Positions 46,706 through 57,831 of a DNA stretch of 64,000 bases are shown piece after piece. Source of the DNA: Alphaproteobacteria bacterium (lineage in GTDB: Bacteria > Pseudomonadota > Alphaproteobacteria > GCA-2731375). Every line of letters starts with the position of its first letter. Positions within the stretch are counted from its first letter, which is position 1. The stretch is from assembly GCA_965232515.1 (NCBI GenBank), contig CBDDPY010000002.1, forward strand, positions 384,001 to 448,000. Direction: 5' to 3'. Below the pieces are notes generated by a model. That model did not search any database. It saw only the letters and a program-made list of their open reading frames with translations, and had not been told where the DNA came from. Made by a program: the position numbers and the translations under genes.

Positions 46706-47303
46706 AGGCCACCGAGATCCGCGGCCGTTCGCCCCAATAGGGGTGGACGAGATGCTGTAGGTAGCTCGGAAACAGCACCATTCGGCCGGTCTCCGGCGTC
46801 ACCGCGATCCGGTTCGGCAGCGCCTTTGGAAAGAACGTGGCCGCCGAGGCCAGGTTCGGATTGATGAATGTCAGCACGCCGTTGTGCGGCTGATCAGTCG
46901 GTCGTTCGCTGGCATCGACGTAGTAGACCCCCGACCAGGTCGAGCCGGGATGGATATGGATCTGATTGTATTGGCCGCGCCGGTTGACGTTGGCCCAGAT
47001 CGCGATCTTCCAGCCGATTTCCTCCCGCGCGCCGTAATGCTCCAGCAGCTGGCCCGTGGCGTGGTTCACCAGCGCGATGGCCCGCTCGATCAGGGCCTGG
47101 CCGGCATCGCCGGTCCATTTCTGGAAATCCTCGGTCGACTGCCAGCCGCCGACATTGGTTTTCGACTGGCCCGGGGAATCTTGCTCCTGCGCCAGGATGC
47201 GCGTGCGCAGCTCGGCATTGAGCGCGTCGCTTTCGGGCCAGAGATAGTTCAGCATCGGCACGAAGAACATCTGCATCATGCCGGCGTCGTCGAGCGTCGC
47301 CAT
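46677..47303 (-). CDS. 2OG-Fe(II) oxygenase (TIGR02466-like)
   Basis: GGWQS, WANVN, HIHPGSTWSGVYY, LFPSYLQHLV, RISVAFN. Confidence 0.85.
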   Translation of the reverse strand: MATLDDAGMMQMFFVPMLNYLWPESDALNAELRTRILAQEQDSPGQSKTNVGGWQSTEDFQKWTGDAGQALIERAIALVNHATGQLLEHYGAREEIGWKIAIWANVNRRGQYNQIHIHPGSTWSGVYYVDASERPTDQPHNGVLTFINPNLASAATFFPKALPNRIAVTPETGRMVLFPSYLQHLVHPYWGERPRISVAFNVQKQPYP

Positions 47304-47416
47304 GACGGCGTCTCCCAGCAAGCCCCGTGAAGCCAGGCCCAATGTAGCGGTTTTCGGGGATGGGCGTCAGCACCGCGGATATTGAGATCGCGGCGCGGGA
47401 CGGCCATATTCGCCCC

Positions 47417-48424
47417 ATGATCGGATCTGTCATTCGGCGCTGGCCGGCGCTCGGCGCGGCGCTCCTGTTCGCTGCCGCTTGTACGCCGCGGGTTCAGGAG
47501 TTCGGCCCTGAGTTCAGCGAGCCGCGGCTGGAGCCGACGCATCTTACGACGGTCGATAGCAAGCGGCTGCCGGTCGCGGTCTGGCCCGTCAACAGCGAGC
47601 CGGCGGCGGTGATTGTCGCCCTGCACGGCTTCAACGATTACCGCAACACCTTCGACATGCCGGGCGCCTGGTGGGCCGAGCGCGGTATCACCACCTACGC
47701 CGTCGATCAGCGCGGCTTCGGCGACACGGCCGACCGCGGCATCTGGGGTGGCGCCGCGGCCATGGTCGCCGATGCGTCTGCGCTGGTCGATTTGGTCCGC
47801 AAACGCCATCCCGGCAAGCCGGTCTATCTGTTGGGCAATTCCATGGGCGCGGCCGTTACCTTGCTGACGCTTGCCTCGGATAATCCGCCGGACGTAGACG
47901 GCGCGATCCTGGTCTCGCCGGCGGTCTGGGGCGGGCCGGGCCTGAACCCCGTGGCCAGGGCCTCGTTGTGGCTCGCCGCGCACACCATGCCGTGGAACGT
48001 GGGCACCGGCCAGGGCCTGCGCCGCTGGCCGTCCGACAATATCGAGATGCTGCGGGCGCTCGGCCGCGATCCGCTGATGATCAGGAAGACACGGGTCGAT
48101 GCCGTCTACGGCCTGACCAACCTGATGGGCGAGGCGCAGACGTCGGCGCGCGACGTCGAGGTGCCGATGTTCGTGCTTTACGGCGGCCGCGACGAGATCG
48201 TGCCGAACGCGCCGGTCGAGTTGATGATCGACAGCCTGCGAGCGCCGCACCGCGTGGCGTTCTATCCCGACGGCTATCATATGTTGCTGCGCAGCCTCGA
48301 TCGGGAAACCGTTTGGCGCGATATCCGGGCCTGGATCGCCGACCCCAACGCGCCCTTGCCCTCGGGCCAGGAGCGGGCGAAAGACATCGAAACGGAAGCC
48401 GGGGCAGGGAGGACACGCTCATGA
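47417..48424 (+). CDS. Alpha/beta hydrolase (lysophospholipase-like), probable lipoprotein
   Basis: LFAAAC lipobox, LHGFNDY, DQRGFG, GNSMG, GYHML. Confidence 0.87.
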   Translation: MIGSVIRRWPALGAALLFAAACTPRVQEFGPEFSEPRLEPTHLTTVDSKRLPVAVWPVNSEPAAVIVALHGFNDYRNTFDMPGAWWAERGITTYAVDQRGFGDTADRGIWGGAAAMVADASALVDLVRKRHPGKPVYLLGNSMGAAVTLLTLASDNPPDVDGAILVSPAVWGGPGLNPVARASLWLAAHTMPWNVGTGQGLRRWPSDNIEMLRALGRDPLMIRKTRVDAVYGLTNLMGEAQTSARDVEVPMFVLYGGRDEIVPNAPVELMIDSLRAPHRVAFYPDGYHMLLRSLDRETVWRDIRAWIADPNAPLPSGQERAKDIETEAGAGRTRS

Positions 48425-49174
48425 AAGTATTGGTCGAGAAGGACGGTCCGGTCACCACGGTCATCATAAACCGGCCAGAGGTGCGCAATGCCGTCGATGC
48501 CGAGACGGCGGACCTGCTGCGTCAGGCCTTCCAGGCCTTCGCGGACGACGATGACGCCCAGGTCGCGGTGCTGGCCGGCAACGGCGGCTATTTCTGCGCC
48601 GGTTATGACCTGAAATTCGTTTCCGAGGGCGGCTTACGGACCGGCGATCTGGAACGCGACGGTCCGATGGGGCCGAGCCGCATGCTGCTGGACAAGCCGG
48701 TGATCGCCGCCGTTGACGGTTACGCCGTGGCCGGCGGCTTGGAACTGGCGCTCTGGTGCGACATGCGGGTCGCGGCTGACGACGCCGTTTTCGGCGTCTT
48801 TTGCCGGCGTTGGGGCGTGCCGTTGATCGACGGCGGCACCGTGCGTCTGCCAAGACTGATCGGCCACAGCCGGGCGCTCGACATGATCCTGACCGGCCGA
48901 CCCGTCGAAGCCGACGAGGCGCTGTCCTGGGGCCTCGCCAACCGTGTCGTGCCGGCAGCCGACGTGCGCGCGGCGGCGCAAACGCTGGCGCTCGAGATCG
49001 CGCGGTTCCCGGCGCTTTGCATGCGCACCGACCGGATGTCGTCCTATCGGCAATGGGACCTCGACTTGGCCGCGGCGTTGATCAACGAGGCCCATCAAGG
49101 CGAAGCGCCGTTGCGCGAGGAGGCCGTCGGCGGCGCCAGCCGCTTCGCCGGCGGCAAGGGCCGCGGCGGCAGCT

Positions 49175-49188
<14 letters not shown>
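48421..49188 (+). CDS. Crotonase/enoyl-CoA hydratase family protein
   Basis: INRPEVRNAVD, FCAGYDL, AVAGGLELAL, FCRRWGVPLIDGG. Confidence 0.9.
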
Positions 49189-50734
<1,546 letters not shown>

Positions 50735-50747
50735 GGCCGCGACCGGC

Positions 50748-51911
50748 TCAGTCCGAGCCGCCGGCGTCGAAACGGTCGGGCCGATATGGCCGCAACATCT
50801 CGGACACCTGTCCGTCAACGATCTCGTCGGCCGCCAGATCGCCCAGCAACGGGCCCAGCGTGACGCCGCTATGCGTCACCATCACGTATAGACCGTCGAG
50901 CTGCGGCAGCGGCCCAACGATCGGCCGGCCGTCGCGGGGCATCGGTCGCACGCCGATCCGGGCCGTGGTTCGGCCCAGCACGTCGTCGGCACGCAGCGCC
51001 GGCAGGTACCGCTCGACCCGTCGCAGCAGCCAGGCCGGACCGTCGGCGCGGATCGCCTCTTCGTCGCCGTCCGCCAGCTCGTCCGTCATGTTCTCGGCGC
51101 CGATCCGCATGCCGCCGTCCGGGGCCGGCCGGAAGTGAATGCCGCCCGGCTCGGGCGGGTGGATGATATGGCGCACCAGACCGCCGGCGCCGTCCGCCGG
51201 CGCATCGACCAACAAGCCCTTCACGCCCGACATCGGCACCGCGTCCTCGATGCCGGTCGCCAGTGTTGCCAGCGCGCCCGTCGCGGGGCCGGCCGCCAGC
51301 ACGGCCTGGCCGGTGGCGATCGTGCCCTGGTCGGTGACCACGCCGGTCAACCGGCCGGCGTCGGTCTGGAACCCTGTGACGGCGCAGTTCTCCAGCACGG
51401 CGCCGCCGAGCGCGCGCAGCCGTTCCGCGCAGAAGCGCACATAGTGCGGCGCGTCGAGCCACCGGTCGTCCATGGCCAGCAGCCCGACCGCCTCGTCGGG
51501 AAAGGTAATATTCGGCTCCAGCTCTGTGAGCTGCTGTCTGTCGAGCAATTCGTGCCGATAATTCAGCTCGTGCATCCTCTCGGAAACCGCTCGTAAGTTG
51601 CCAATCTGGCTGACATTTTCGGCATCGGACCAATCGATGTTTCCGCGGCCGTGCATGCCAATGTGGTTGCTGCCGTATGTCGCCGCCAGGTCGCGGTAGC
51701 GCGCCATGCCGGCGGCGTTCAGGTGGTGATAATGGGCATCGTCCAGCTTGGTGGTGGCGTTCAGCCAGGCAAAGCTGTTGCTCGTGGTGCCGCCGGCCAG
51801 GGCACCCTGCTCGACGACCGCGATCCTTAGGCCGCGCCGGGCCAGCGCATGGGCGGTCGACAAGCCGATGCTGCCGCCACCCACCACAACGATATCCGCA
51901 CGATCAATCAT
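50748..51911 (-). CDS. FAD-dependent oxidoreductase (DAO family)
   Basis: VVVGGGSIG, TTSNSFAW, RPMPRDGRPIVG, HSGVTL. Confidence 0.88.
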   Translation of the reverse strand: MIDRADIVVVGGGSIGLSTAHALARRGLRIAVVEQGALAGGTTSNSFAWLNATTKLDDAHYHHLNAAGMARYRDLAATYGSNHIGMHGRGNIDWSDAENVSQIGNLRAVSERMHELNYRHELLDRQQLTELEPNITFPDEAVGLLAMDDRWLDAPHYVRFCAERLRALGGAVLENCAVTGFQTDAGRLTGVVTDQGTIATGQAVLAAGPATGALATLATGIEDAVPMSGVKGLLVDAPADGAGGLVRHIIHPPEPGGIHFRPAPDGGMRIGAENMTDELADGDEEAIRADGPAWLLRRVERYLPALRADDVLGRTTARIGVRPMPRDGRPIVGPLPQLDGLYVMVTHSGVTLGPLLGDLAADEIVDGQVSEMLRPYRPDRFDAGGSD

Positions 51912-51997
51912 AGAGACGCCAAGTTCGTTTCCAACTGGTCTGGGCGGGGCTTGAGCTTCCAGCAGGTGGAAGCGCTACATCCAAGCGACGAACAGAC

Positions 51998-52456
51998 ATG
52001 CCCAAGAGTAGACAGCGAAAGAAAAAGCCGACAAGCCAAACCGCCCCACGCGGCGGCTGGACCGGCCGGATTGTTGCCATCGTCCTGGCAATAGGGGTCG
52101 GCGTCGGCATCTACCTGTGGCAGCAATTCGGTGGCGCGGGCGGCACGCATGTCGACGTCGTCGTGCCGGAACTGAGCGGTCAGGCGTCCCGCGGCGAGGC
52201 GGCGTTCGCGCAGGCTTGTGCGCAATGTCACGGTCCCAACGCCGGCGGCTCCGACCGAGGACCGCCGCTCGTGCACAAGATCTACGAACCGAACCACCAC
52301 GCCGATTTCGCGTTCTACAACGCCATTGCCAACGGCGTGCGCGCACATCACTGGCCCTATGGCAACATGCCCCCGCAACGTCACGTCGACCGGGCAACCG
52401 CGCAAGCGATCGTTAGTTACGTCCGCGCCTTGCAGCGCGCCAACGGCATCCACTAA
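51998..52456 (+). CDS. Membrane-anchored monoheme cytochrome c
   Basis: TM; CAQCHG; GPPLVHKIYEPNHH; HW.YGNMP. Confidence 0.85.
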   Translation: MPKSRQRKKKPTSQTAPRGGWTGRIVAIVLAIGVGVGIYLWQQFGGAGGTHVDVVVPELSGQASRGEAAFAQACAQCHGPNAGGSDRGPPLVHKIYEPNHHADFAFYNAIANGVRAHHWPYGNMPPQRHVDRATAQAIVSYVRALQRANGIH

Positions 52457-52504
52457 TCGATATCAGTATCATCTAACCGACATCCGACCGGAGGTTCATG
52501 GAGA

Positions 52505-52948
52505 ATGACAACGTTGCGTCTCGCGTCCGCTCTCGCCGTTGTTTCGCTGCTGGCCACGCCGTTGGTCCAGGCGCATGACGAGAACGATCCTCGTCACAAG
52601 GCCATGACGTCGCTCGCCGACAACATGAAGGCGCTGGCCAAGATGGCGAAGGCGGGCGACATGAATCAGGACAAAGCCGTCACGCACGCCGATGAGATCG
52701 CCGAGACCGCGCGGCGAATGCTGGCGCTGTTTCCGGAAGGCTCGGCCGGCCACGGATCGCGCGCCAAACCCGAGATCTGGACCGACTGGCCGGGGTTCGA
52801 GAAGGAGGCGGCGGACTTCGAACGCGCCGTCGACACGTTGCGCGCCGCGGCGCAATCGGGCGAGCAGGCGCAACTCGGGGCGGCGCTCACCGACGTCGGC
52901 AAGACCTGCAGCAGTTGCCACAAGCAATTCCGATTACCGAAGACCTGA
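52505..52948 (+). CDS. Cytochrome c' / c556 (class II)
   Basis: Signal peptide; AKPEIWTDW; C-terminal CSSCHKQFR. Confidence 0.88.
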   Translation: MTTLRLASALAVVSLLATPLVQAHDENDPRHKAMTSLADNMKALAKMAKAGDMNQDKAVTHADEIAETARRMLALFPEGSAGHGSRAKPEIWTDWPGFEKEAADFERAVDTLRAAAQSGEQAQLGAALTDVGKTCSSCHKQFRLPKT

Positions 52949-52985
52949 GCATGGCTCGATCAGCGGCAAGGAGGGCAATCGACCG

Positions 52986-53525
52986 ATGCGAATAGCCATC
53001 TGTTCGGCCGCTTTGGCGGTCATTGGCCTTGGTTCGGCGGTGACCGCCGATACCAGTTCACCCTATAGCGGCTGGGAGACGCGTCAGATCAAGGCGCTCT
53101 CGCACCAGGAAATCCAAGACCTTCGCGCCGGCCGGGGCATGGGCCTGGCGCTGCCGGCCGAGCTGAACGGCTATCCCGGTCCCCGGCATGTCCTGGACCT
53201 TGCCGACGCGCTCGACCTGACGCCCGACCAGCGGCGCGCCATCGAGGCGCTGTTCAACGAAATGCAGGTCGAGGCAGCCGCGCTCGGCGAACAGATCATC
53301 GTGCTCGAGCAGCGGCTTGACGCCGCCTTTGCCGGCGGCGCGGCCGACAAGACAGCGATCGGCGCCCTGGTGGTCGATCTGGCCAAGCTACAGGGCGATC
53401 TGCGTTTCGTGCACCTGAAGACGCACCTGCCCATGCGCGCGCTGCTGACGGACGCACAGATCGAACGCTACGCCCAGCTGCGCGGCTATGCCGGCCAGCA
53501 CGGCGGCGGCCACTCACATCATTAG
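52986..53525 (+). CDS. Periplasmic Spy/CpxP/heavy-metal-binding family protein
   Basis: Signal peptide; GMGLALPAELNGYPGP; LDLTPDQ and LLTDAQ (LTxxQ) motifs; His-rich tail. Confidence 0.75.
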   Translation: MRIAICSAALAVIGLGSAVTADTSSPYSGWETRQIKALSHQEIQDLRAGRGMGLALPAELNGYPGPRHVLDLADALDLTPDQRRAIEALFNEMQVEAAALGEQIIVLEQRLDAAFAGGAADKTAIGALVVDLAKLQGDLRFVHLKTHLPMRALLTDAQIERYAQLRGYAGQHGGGHSHH

Positions 53526-53527
53526 CG

Positions 53528-54334
53528 TCAGGGTTGCCGGGCGGCTGCAAGGCGGTCGAGGCGCAGGCGGTGGCGCGGATCGGTCAGGCGGTAGACGCCC
53601 AGCAGGACCGCCAGCAGCACGCCGAGCCCGGTGGCGCCGGCGATCAGGAACATGATCAGCAGCTGGTACTTGACCGCTTCCGCCGGGGCCACGCCGGCCA
53701 GGATCTGTCCGGTCATCATGCCGGGCAGGAAGACCAGCCCCGTCGCCGACATGGCGTTGATGGTCGGCATCAGTCCGCTGCGCAAGGCCTGTCGCGTCAC
53801 CCCGCGCAGCGCCTGCCAGCGGGTCGCGCCCAGCGCCAATTGGGCCTCGATGGCGCCGCGCTCGCGCGCCGCCGTCGTGGTCAGCGTATTCAGGCCCAGG
53901 CTGATGCCGGTCATGGCGTTGCCGAGGATCATGCCCAGCAGCGGGATGGCGTAGCGCGGATCGTACCAGGGATCGGGCCGGACCTGCGTCGTCAATGCCA
54001 GCAGTGTCACCAGCACGGCCGCCACGGTCATGGTCGACGCGCCCAGACCATAGGCCCACCAGCCGGTCAGCCGCCGGTCCTGTCGCGCCATCACCTCGCG
54101 GCCGGCGAACAGCAGCATCACCAGCGCCGCCAACGCCGTCCACCAGGGCGACGCCAACGAAAAGAGCGTCGTCAGAATGGCGCCGACCAGCACGAGCTGA
54201 ACTGTCATGCGCAATGCCGCGATCAGCAATTGCCGCTCAAGCCGCAGCTCCAGAACCAGCGAGATCGCGCCGTTGATCAGCAGCAGCAGGGCCGCCACGG
54301 CCAGATCCAGATAGCTGAGTTCGATGGCGTTCAC
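53528..54334 (-). CDS. fetB: Iron export ABC permease (FetB/YbbM)
   Basis: RMTVQLVLVG, IPLLGMILGNAM, GLVFLPGMMTGQILAG, AVKYQ. Confidence 0.88.
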   Translation of the reverse strand: MNAIELSYLDLAVAALLLLINGAISLVLELRLERQLLIAALRMTVQLVLVGAILTTLFSLASPWWTALAALVMLLFAGREVMARQDRRLTGWWAYGLGASTMTVAAVLVTLLALTTQVRPDPWYDPRYAIPLLGMILGNAMTGISLGLNTLTTTAARERGAIEAQLALGATRWQALRGVTRQALRSGLMPTINAMSATGLVFLPGMMTGQILAGVAPAEAVKYQLLIMFLIAGATGLGVLLAVLLGVYRLTDPRHRLRLDRLAAARQP

Positions 54335-54927
54335 ACCGGGCGCTCCTCGACCGCGCCGTCGGCGATGAAGAGCGTGCGCTTGGCCAACCGTCGCGCCTGC
54401 GCCGCATCGTGGGTGACGAGCAACATCGCGCGGCCGGCATCGAGCTCCCGCAGCAACAGGCGTTCGACGGCCGCAACCGCGTCCTCGTCCAGCGCCGCCG
54501 TCGGCTCATCGAGCAGCAGCACTGGTGGTTTCAGGCAAAGCGCGCGCGCCAGCGCGATGCGCTGACGCTCGCCAGTCGACAACCGCGAGATAGGCCAGTT
54601 CAGGCAATCTTCCGGCATCTGCAGGGGCTCAAGGACCGGGCGAGCCGCATCGCGGTCAGCGAAATGCTCTTCCACCGTGTCGGCCCACCACCCGGACTCC
54701 GCGGCGACATAGACCACCTGTCGCCGCCATTCGGGCGCGGGCATAGCTGACCGCAGTGCGCCATTCAGGCGCACCTCGCCCTCATTCGGATCGAGATCGG
54801 CGATGGCGCGTAAGAGTAGCGATTTGCCAGACCCTGACGGGCCCATGACGGCCAGGCACGCGCCCGCCTCGACACCGAAGCTCGCCGCCGTCAGGCCGGG
54901 GCGTCGGAGTCCGTCGATTTCCAGCAT
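54331..54927 (-). CDS. fetA: ABC ATP-binding protein (FetA/YbbL-like)
   Basis: GPSGSGKS, LSTGERQR, LLLDEPT; overlaps the fetB start. Confidence 0.82.
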   Translation of the reverse strand: MLEIDGLRRPGLTAASFGVEAGACLAVMGPSGSGKSLLLRAIADLDPNEGEVRLNGALRSAMPAPEWRRQVVYVAAESGWWADTVEEHFADRDAARPVLEPLQMPEDCLNWPISRLSTGERQRIALARALCLKPPVLLLDEPTAALDEDAVAAVERLLLRELDAGRAMLLVTHDAAQARRLAKRTLFIADGAVEERPV

Positions 54928-54999
54928 TTGTTTGCGGGGGGCGAAGGGTCGCCGGCTTGTTGGGTGTTTCTCGATATTGTCCGGCGAATGACTGCTCCA

Positions 55000-55088
55000 G
55001 TCCTCCTTCGCTAAAGCTTCGGAGGACACGCCTTCGCCCGAGTTGCGTTTTCGGGTGGCTTGCCACCCGAAGCCCGCAGGGCGAAGGG
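55000..55088. repeat. Nested palindromic (REP-like) element at the tRNA 3' end
   Basis: GTCCTCC..GGAGGAC; CCTTCGCCC..GGGCGAAGG enclosing TTCGGGTGGC-TT-GCCACCCGAA. Confidence 0.6.
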
Positions 55089-55165
55089 TGGTGGGCGCAC
55101 GTGGATTCGAACCACGGACCTCTGCGATGTGAACACAGCGCTCTAACCAACTGAGCTATGCGCCC
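55089..55165 (-). tRNA. tRNA-Val (CAC)
   Basis: Reverse complement GGGCGCATAGCTCAGTTGGTTAGAGCGCTGTGTTCACATCGCAGAGGTCCGTGGTTCGAATCCACGTGCGCCCACCA: cloverleaf, anticodon CAC, encoded CCA. Confidence 0.95.
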
Positions 55166-55233
55166 GCCCAGGCAAGAGCCACGCTATAGTGCCGCCGGCC
55201 GTTCGCTGTCAAGCGGGCGGGGCGGCGATCGGC

Positions 55234-55905
55234 TCAGGCGAGCGCCGCCAGCGCCGCCGGCAGCTGATCGAAATGGTCGATAACCGCATCGGCGCCGAGC
55301 TCGGCCGCCGGCACCGTCGTATAGCCGAAGCTGACCACGACCACCGGCACGCCCGCGTTGCGGGCGGTGGCGACGTCGTTGGCGCTGTCGCCGATCATCA
55401 CCGCGTCGGCCGGCGACACCGACAGGGCGTCGAGCACGGCCAGCAGGTGCCGTCGATCGGGTTTGCGCACCGGCAGGCTGTCGCCGCCGAGGACGGCGTC
55501 GAAGTGGCGGGTGAGGTCGAGCTGCGCCAGCAGCCGTTCGGTTGACCCGATCATCTTGTTTGTGCAGACGCCGAGCTTGATGCCGTCGGCCTGCCAGCCC
55601 GTCAACAGCTCGACAATGCCGTTGAACGGATGGCTATGGTCGGCGATGTGGGTGTTGTAGTAGGCGAGCAAGGTCTGGAAGCTGGCCTCCATCTCATCCG
55701 CCGACGGCTCGACGCCGGATGCCTCCAGGCCGCGCCGCAGCAGCGCCCGCGCGCCGTCGCCGATCATGTGCCGCACGTCGGCAAGCTCGACCGGCGGCAC
55801 GTCCATACGGCCAAGCGTGTGGTTGAGCGCGGCGCAGAGATCGGGCGCGGTTTCGACCAGCGTGCCGTCGAGGTCGAGGACGATCGCCTTGAACCGGTGC
55901 TGCAT
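55234..55905 (-). CDS. gph: Phosphoglycolate phosphatase (HAD)
   Basis: DLDGTLVETAPDL, CTNK, KPD, MIGDSAND. Confidence 0.88.
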   Translation of the reverse strand: MQHRFKAIVLDLDGTLVETAPDLCAALNHTLGRMDVPPVELADVRHMIGDGARALLRRGLEASGVEPSADEMEASFQTLLAYYNTHIADHSHPFNGIVELLTGWQADGIKLGVCTNKMIGSTERLLAQLDLTRHFDAVLGGDSLPVRKPDRRHLLAVLDALSVSPADAVMIGDSANDVATARNAGVPVVVVSFGYTTVPAAELGADAVIDHFDQLPAALAALA

Positions 55906-55910
55906 CGCTG

Positions 55911-57689
55911 TCAGCCTCCCCAGACCATCAGGATCAGCGGCACGGCGATGACCACGATGGCCACCTCCAGCGGCAACCCGACCCGCCAGTAATCGCCGAA
56001 GCGATAGCCGCCCGGTCCCAGCACCAGCGTGTTGCACTGATGCCCGATCGGGGTCAGGAAGGCGCAGGAGGCGCCGACCGCAACAGCCATCAGAAACGCG
56101 TCGACGCTGGCCCCGATGGCGTTGGCGATGCCGACGGCGATGGGCGCCATGACCACGGCCGTCGCCGCGTTGTTCATCACATCCGACAGCGTCATGGTCA
56201 CCACCAGCACAATCGCCAGGCTGAACCAGGTCGGCATGTGGCCCGCGATATCGGCGATCTGCGTCGCCAATAGCGCCGCCGTGCCGGTGGTTTCCAGCGC
56301 CGCGCCGACCGGCAGCATGGCCCCCAGCAGCACGATCACCGGCCAGTCGATGCTCTCGTAGAGCTCGCGGGTCGAGATCAGCCCGGTCAGCACGAAGACG
56401 ACGCTTGCCGCCGTCAACGCCACCGCCGCCGGCAGCAGCCCGAAGGCGGCGGCGGCCAGCGCCACGGCGAAGATGCCGAGCGCCTGCAGGATCCGCTGCT
56501 CCTGGCCCAGGCGCAGACCGCGCGCCATCAGCGGCAGGAACTGCAGCCGGGCCAGCGTGTCGGGCAGCGTGTTCGTGTCGCCCTGCAGCAGCAACACGTC
56601 GCCGGGCTGGAACCGCATGTTGTTCAGCCGCGCCGTAATCGTGCTGGACCGGCGGGCCGCGGCCAGCAGGTTCAGGCCGTAGCGCCAGCTCAGGCCGATG
56701 CCGACCGGGCTGCGCCCGACCGCGGGCGAGTTATGCGTCACCACGGCCTCGATCAGCGCCACGTCGTCGGACCGCAGCTCGCCGACTTCCGGCACCACGT
56801 CGCCGACCAGCTCCAGGCCGGCCTGCTTCAGCAGCGCCGACAGCTCGCTCGGATCGGCGTGCAGGATCAGGATATCGTCGGTCCGCAGTTTCGTACGGCG
56901 CGACGGCGCCGGCCGGCGTTCCTCGCCGCGGATCAGGCCGCCGACGGTGATGGCATCGCCGGTCAGCTCGGCGAAATCGTTCAGCGTCTTGCCGACAAGC
57001 TGTGAGTCCTCGCCGACCCGCGCCTCGCTCATATAGGCGTCGATCTGGAACAATGCCTCGGGCGGCGTCTTGGCGCGCCGGGCCTTAGGGATCAGGTGCC
57101 GGCCAAGAAACACCAGGTAGACCACGCCAATCGCCGCGACGACGACGCCCACCGGCGAGAAATCGAACATGCCGAACGGTGTTTCGCCTATGTCGGCGCG
57201 ATAGAGGGCGATAATCACGTTGGGCGGCGTGCCGATCATCGTCATCAAACCGCCCAAAATGGCGCCGAAACTGAGTGGCATCAGGATCGCGGCTGGCGAA
57301 TGCCCGCTGCGCTGGGACATCTCCAGCGCCACCGGCATCAGGATCGCCAGCGCGCCGACATTGTTCATGAAGGCGGACGCCACCGCGCAGAGGAGTGTCA
57401 ACGCACCGACATAGACGGCCGGATGTCCGGTCAGCGGCTCCAGCCGGTCGGCCAGCAGGCCGACGATGCCGGAGTTCCTGAGGCCCTGGCTGATCACCAG
57501 CACGGCGGCCACCGTGATCACGGCCGGATGGCCGAAGCCGGAAAACGCCGTTGCCGGCGGCACCAGGCCGGCGATCACCACTGCCAGCAATGTCAGCAAG
57601 GCAACGATGTCGTAACGAATACGGCCCCAAATAAACAACCCAACCGCGCCCAATAAAACAGAGCAAACGACAATCTGATCGATCGACAT
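55911..57689 (-). CDS. SLC13-family permease with TrkA-C domains
   Basis: SAFMNNVGA, MIGTPPN, MNNAAT, TPIGHQCN; two internal RCK-C-like segments. Confidence 0.88.
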   Translation of the reverse strand: MSIDQIVVCSVLLGAVGLFIWGRIRYDIVALLTLLAVVIAGLVPPATAFSGFGHPAVITVAAVLVISQGLRNSGIVGLLADRLEPLTGHPAVYVGALTLLCAVASAFMNNVGALAILMPVALEMSQRSGHSPAAILMPLSFGAILGGLMTMIGTPPNVIIALYRADIGETPFGMFDFSPVGVVVAAIGVVYLVFLGRHLIPKARRAKTPPEALFQIDAYMSEARVGEDSQLVGKTLNDFAELTGDAITVGGLIRGEERRPAPSRRTKLRTDDILILHADPSELSALLKQAGLELVGDVVPEVGELRSDDVALIEAVVTHNSPAVGRSPVGIGLSWRYGLNLLAAARRSSTITARLNNMRFQPGDVLLLQGDTNTLPDTLARLQFLPLMARGLRLGQEQRILQALGIFAVALAAAAFGLLPAAVALTAASVVFVLTGLISTRELYESIDWPVIVLLGAMLPVGAALETTGTAALLATQIADIAGHMPTWFSLAIVLVVTMTLSDVMNNAATAVVMAPIAVGIANAIGASVDAFLMAVAVGASCAFLTPIGHQCNTLVLGPGGYRFGDYWRVGLPLEVAIVVIAVPLILMVWGG

Positions 57690-57755
57690 GAATGAAACGC
57701 CCGACGACGGTGGCCAAATTGTGGCCCGGAAATGTGGAAATCCTTCGTTACAGGT

Positions 57756-57771
57756 TGTGACTTTGCTCACT
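57756..57771. promoter_or_regulatory. CRP-like binding site (candidate)
   Basis: TGTGA-CTTTGC-TCACT versus consensus TGTGA-N6-TCACA, in the divergent SLC13/glmU intergenic region. Confidence 0.4.
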
Positions 57772-57831
57772 GACGGCCGCTATGGCAATGTCGAATTGTG
57801 TGAATCGCCAATGTTTTTGGGCATTTAGCTA

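Noticed and set aside
51900-55165. Prophage or integrative element at tRNA-Val
   Set aside because: No integrase, phage genes or duplicated tRNA 3' end found in the window.
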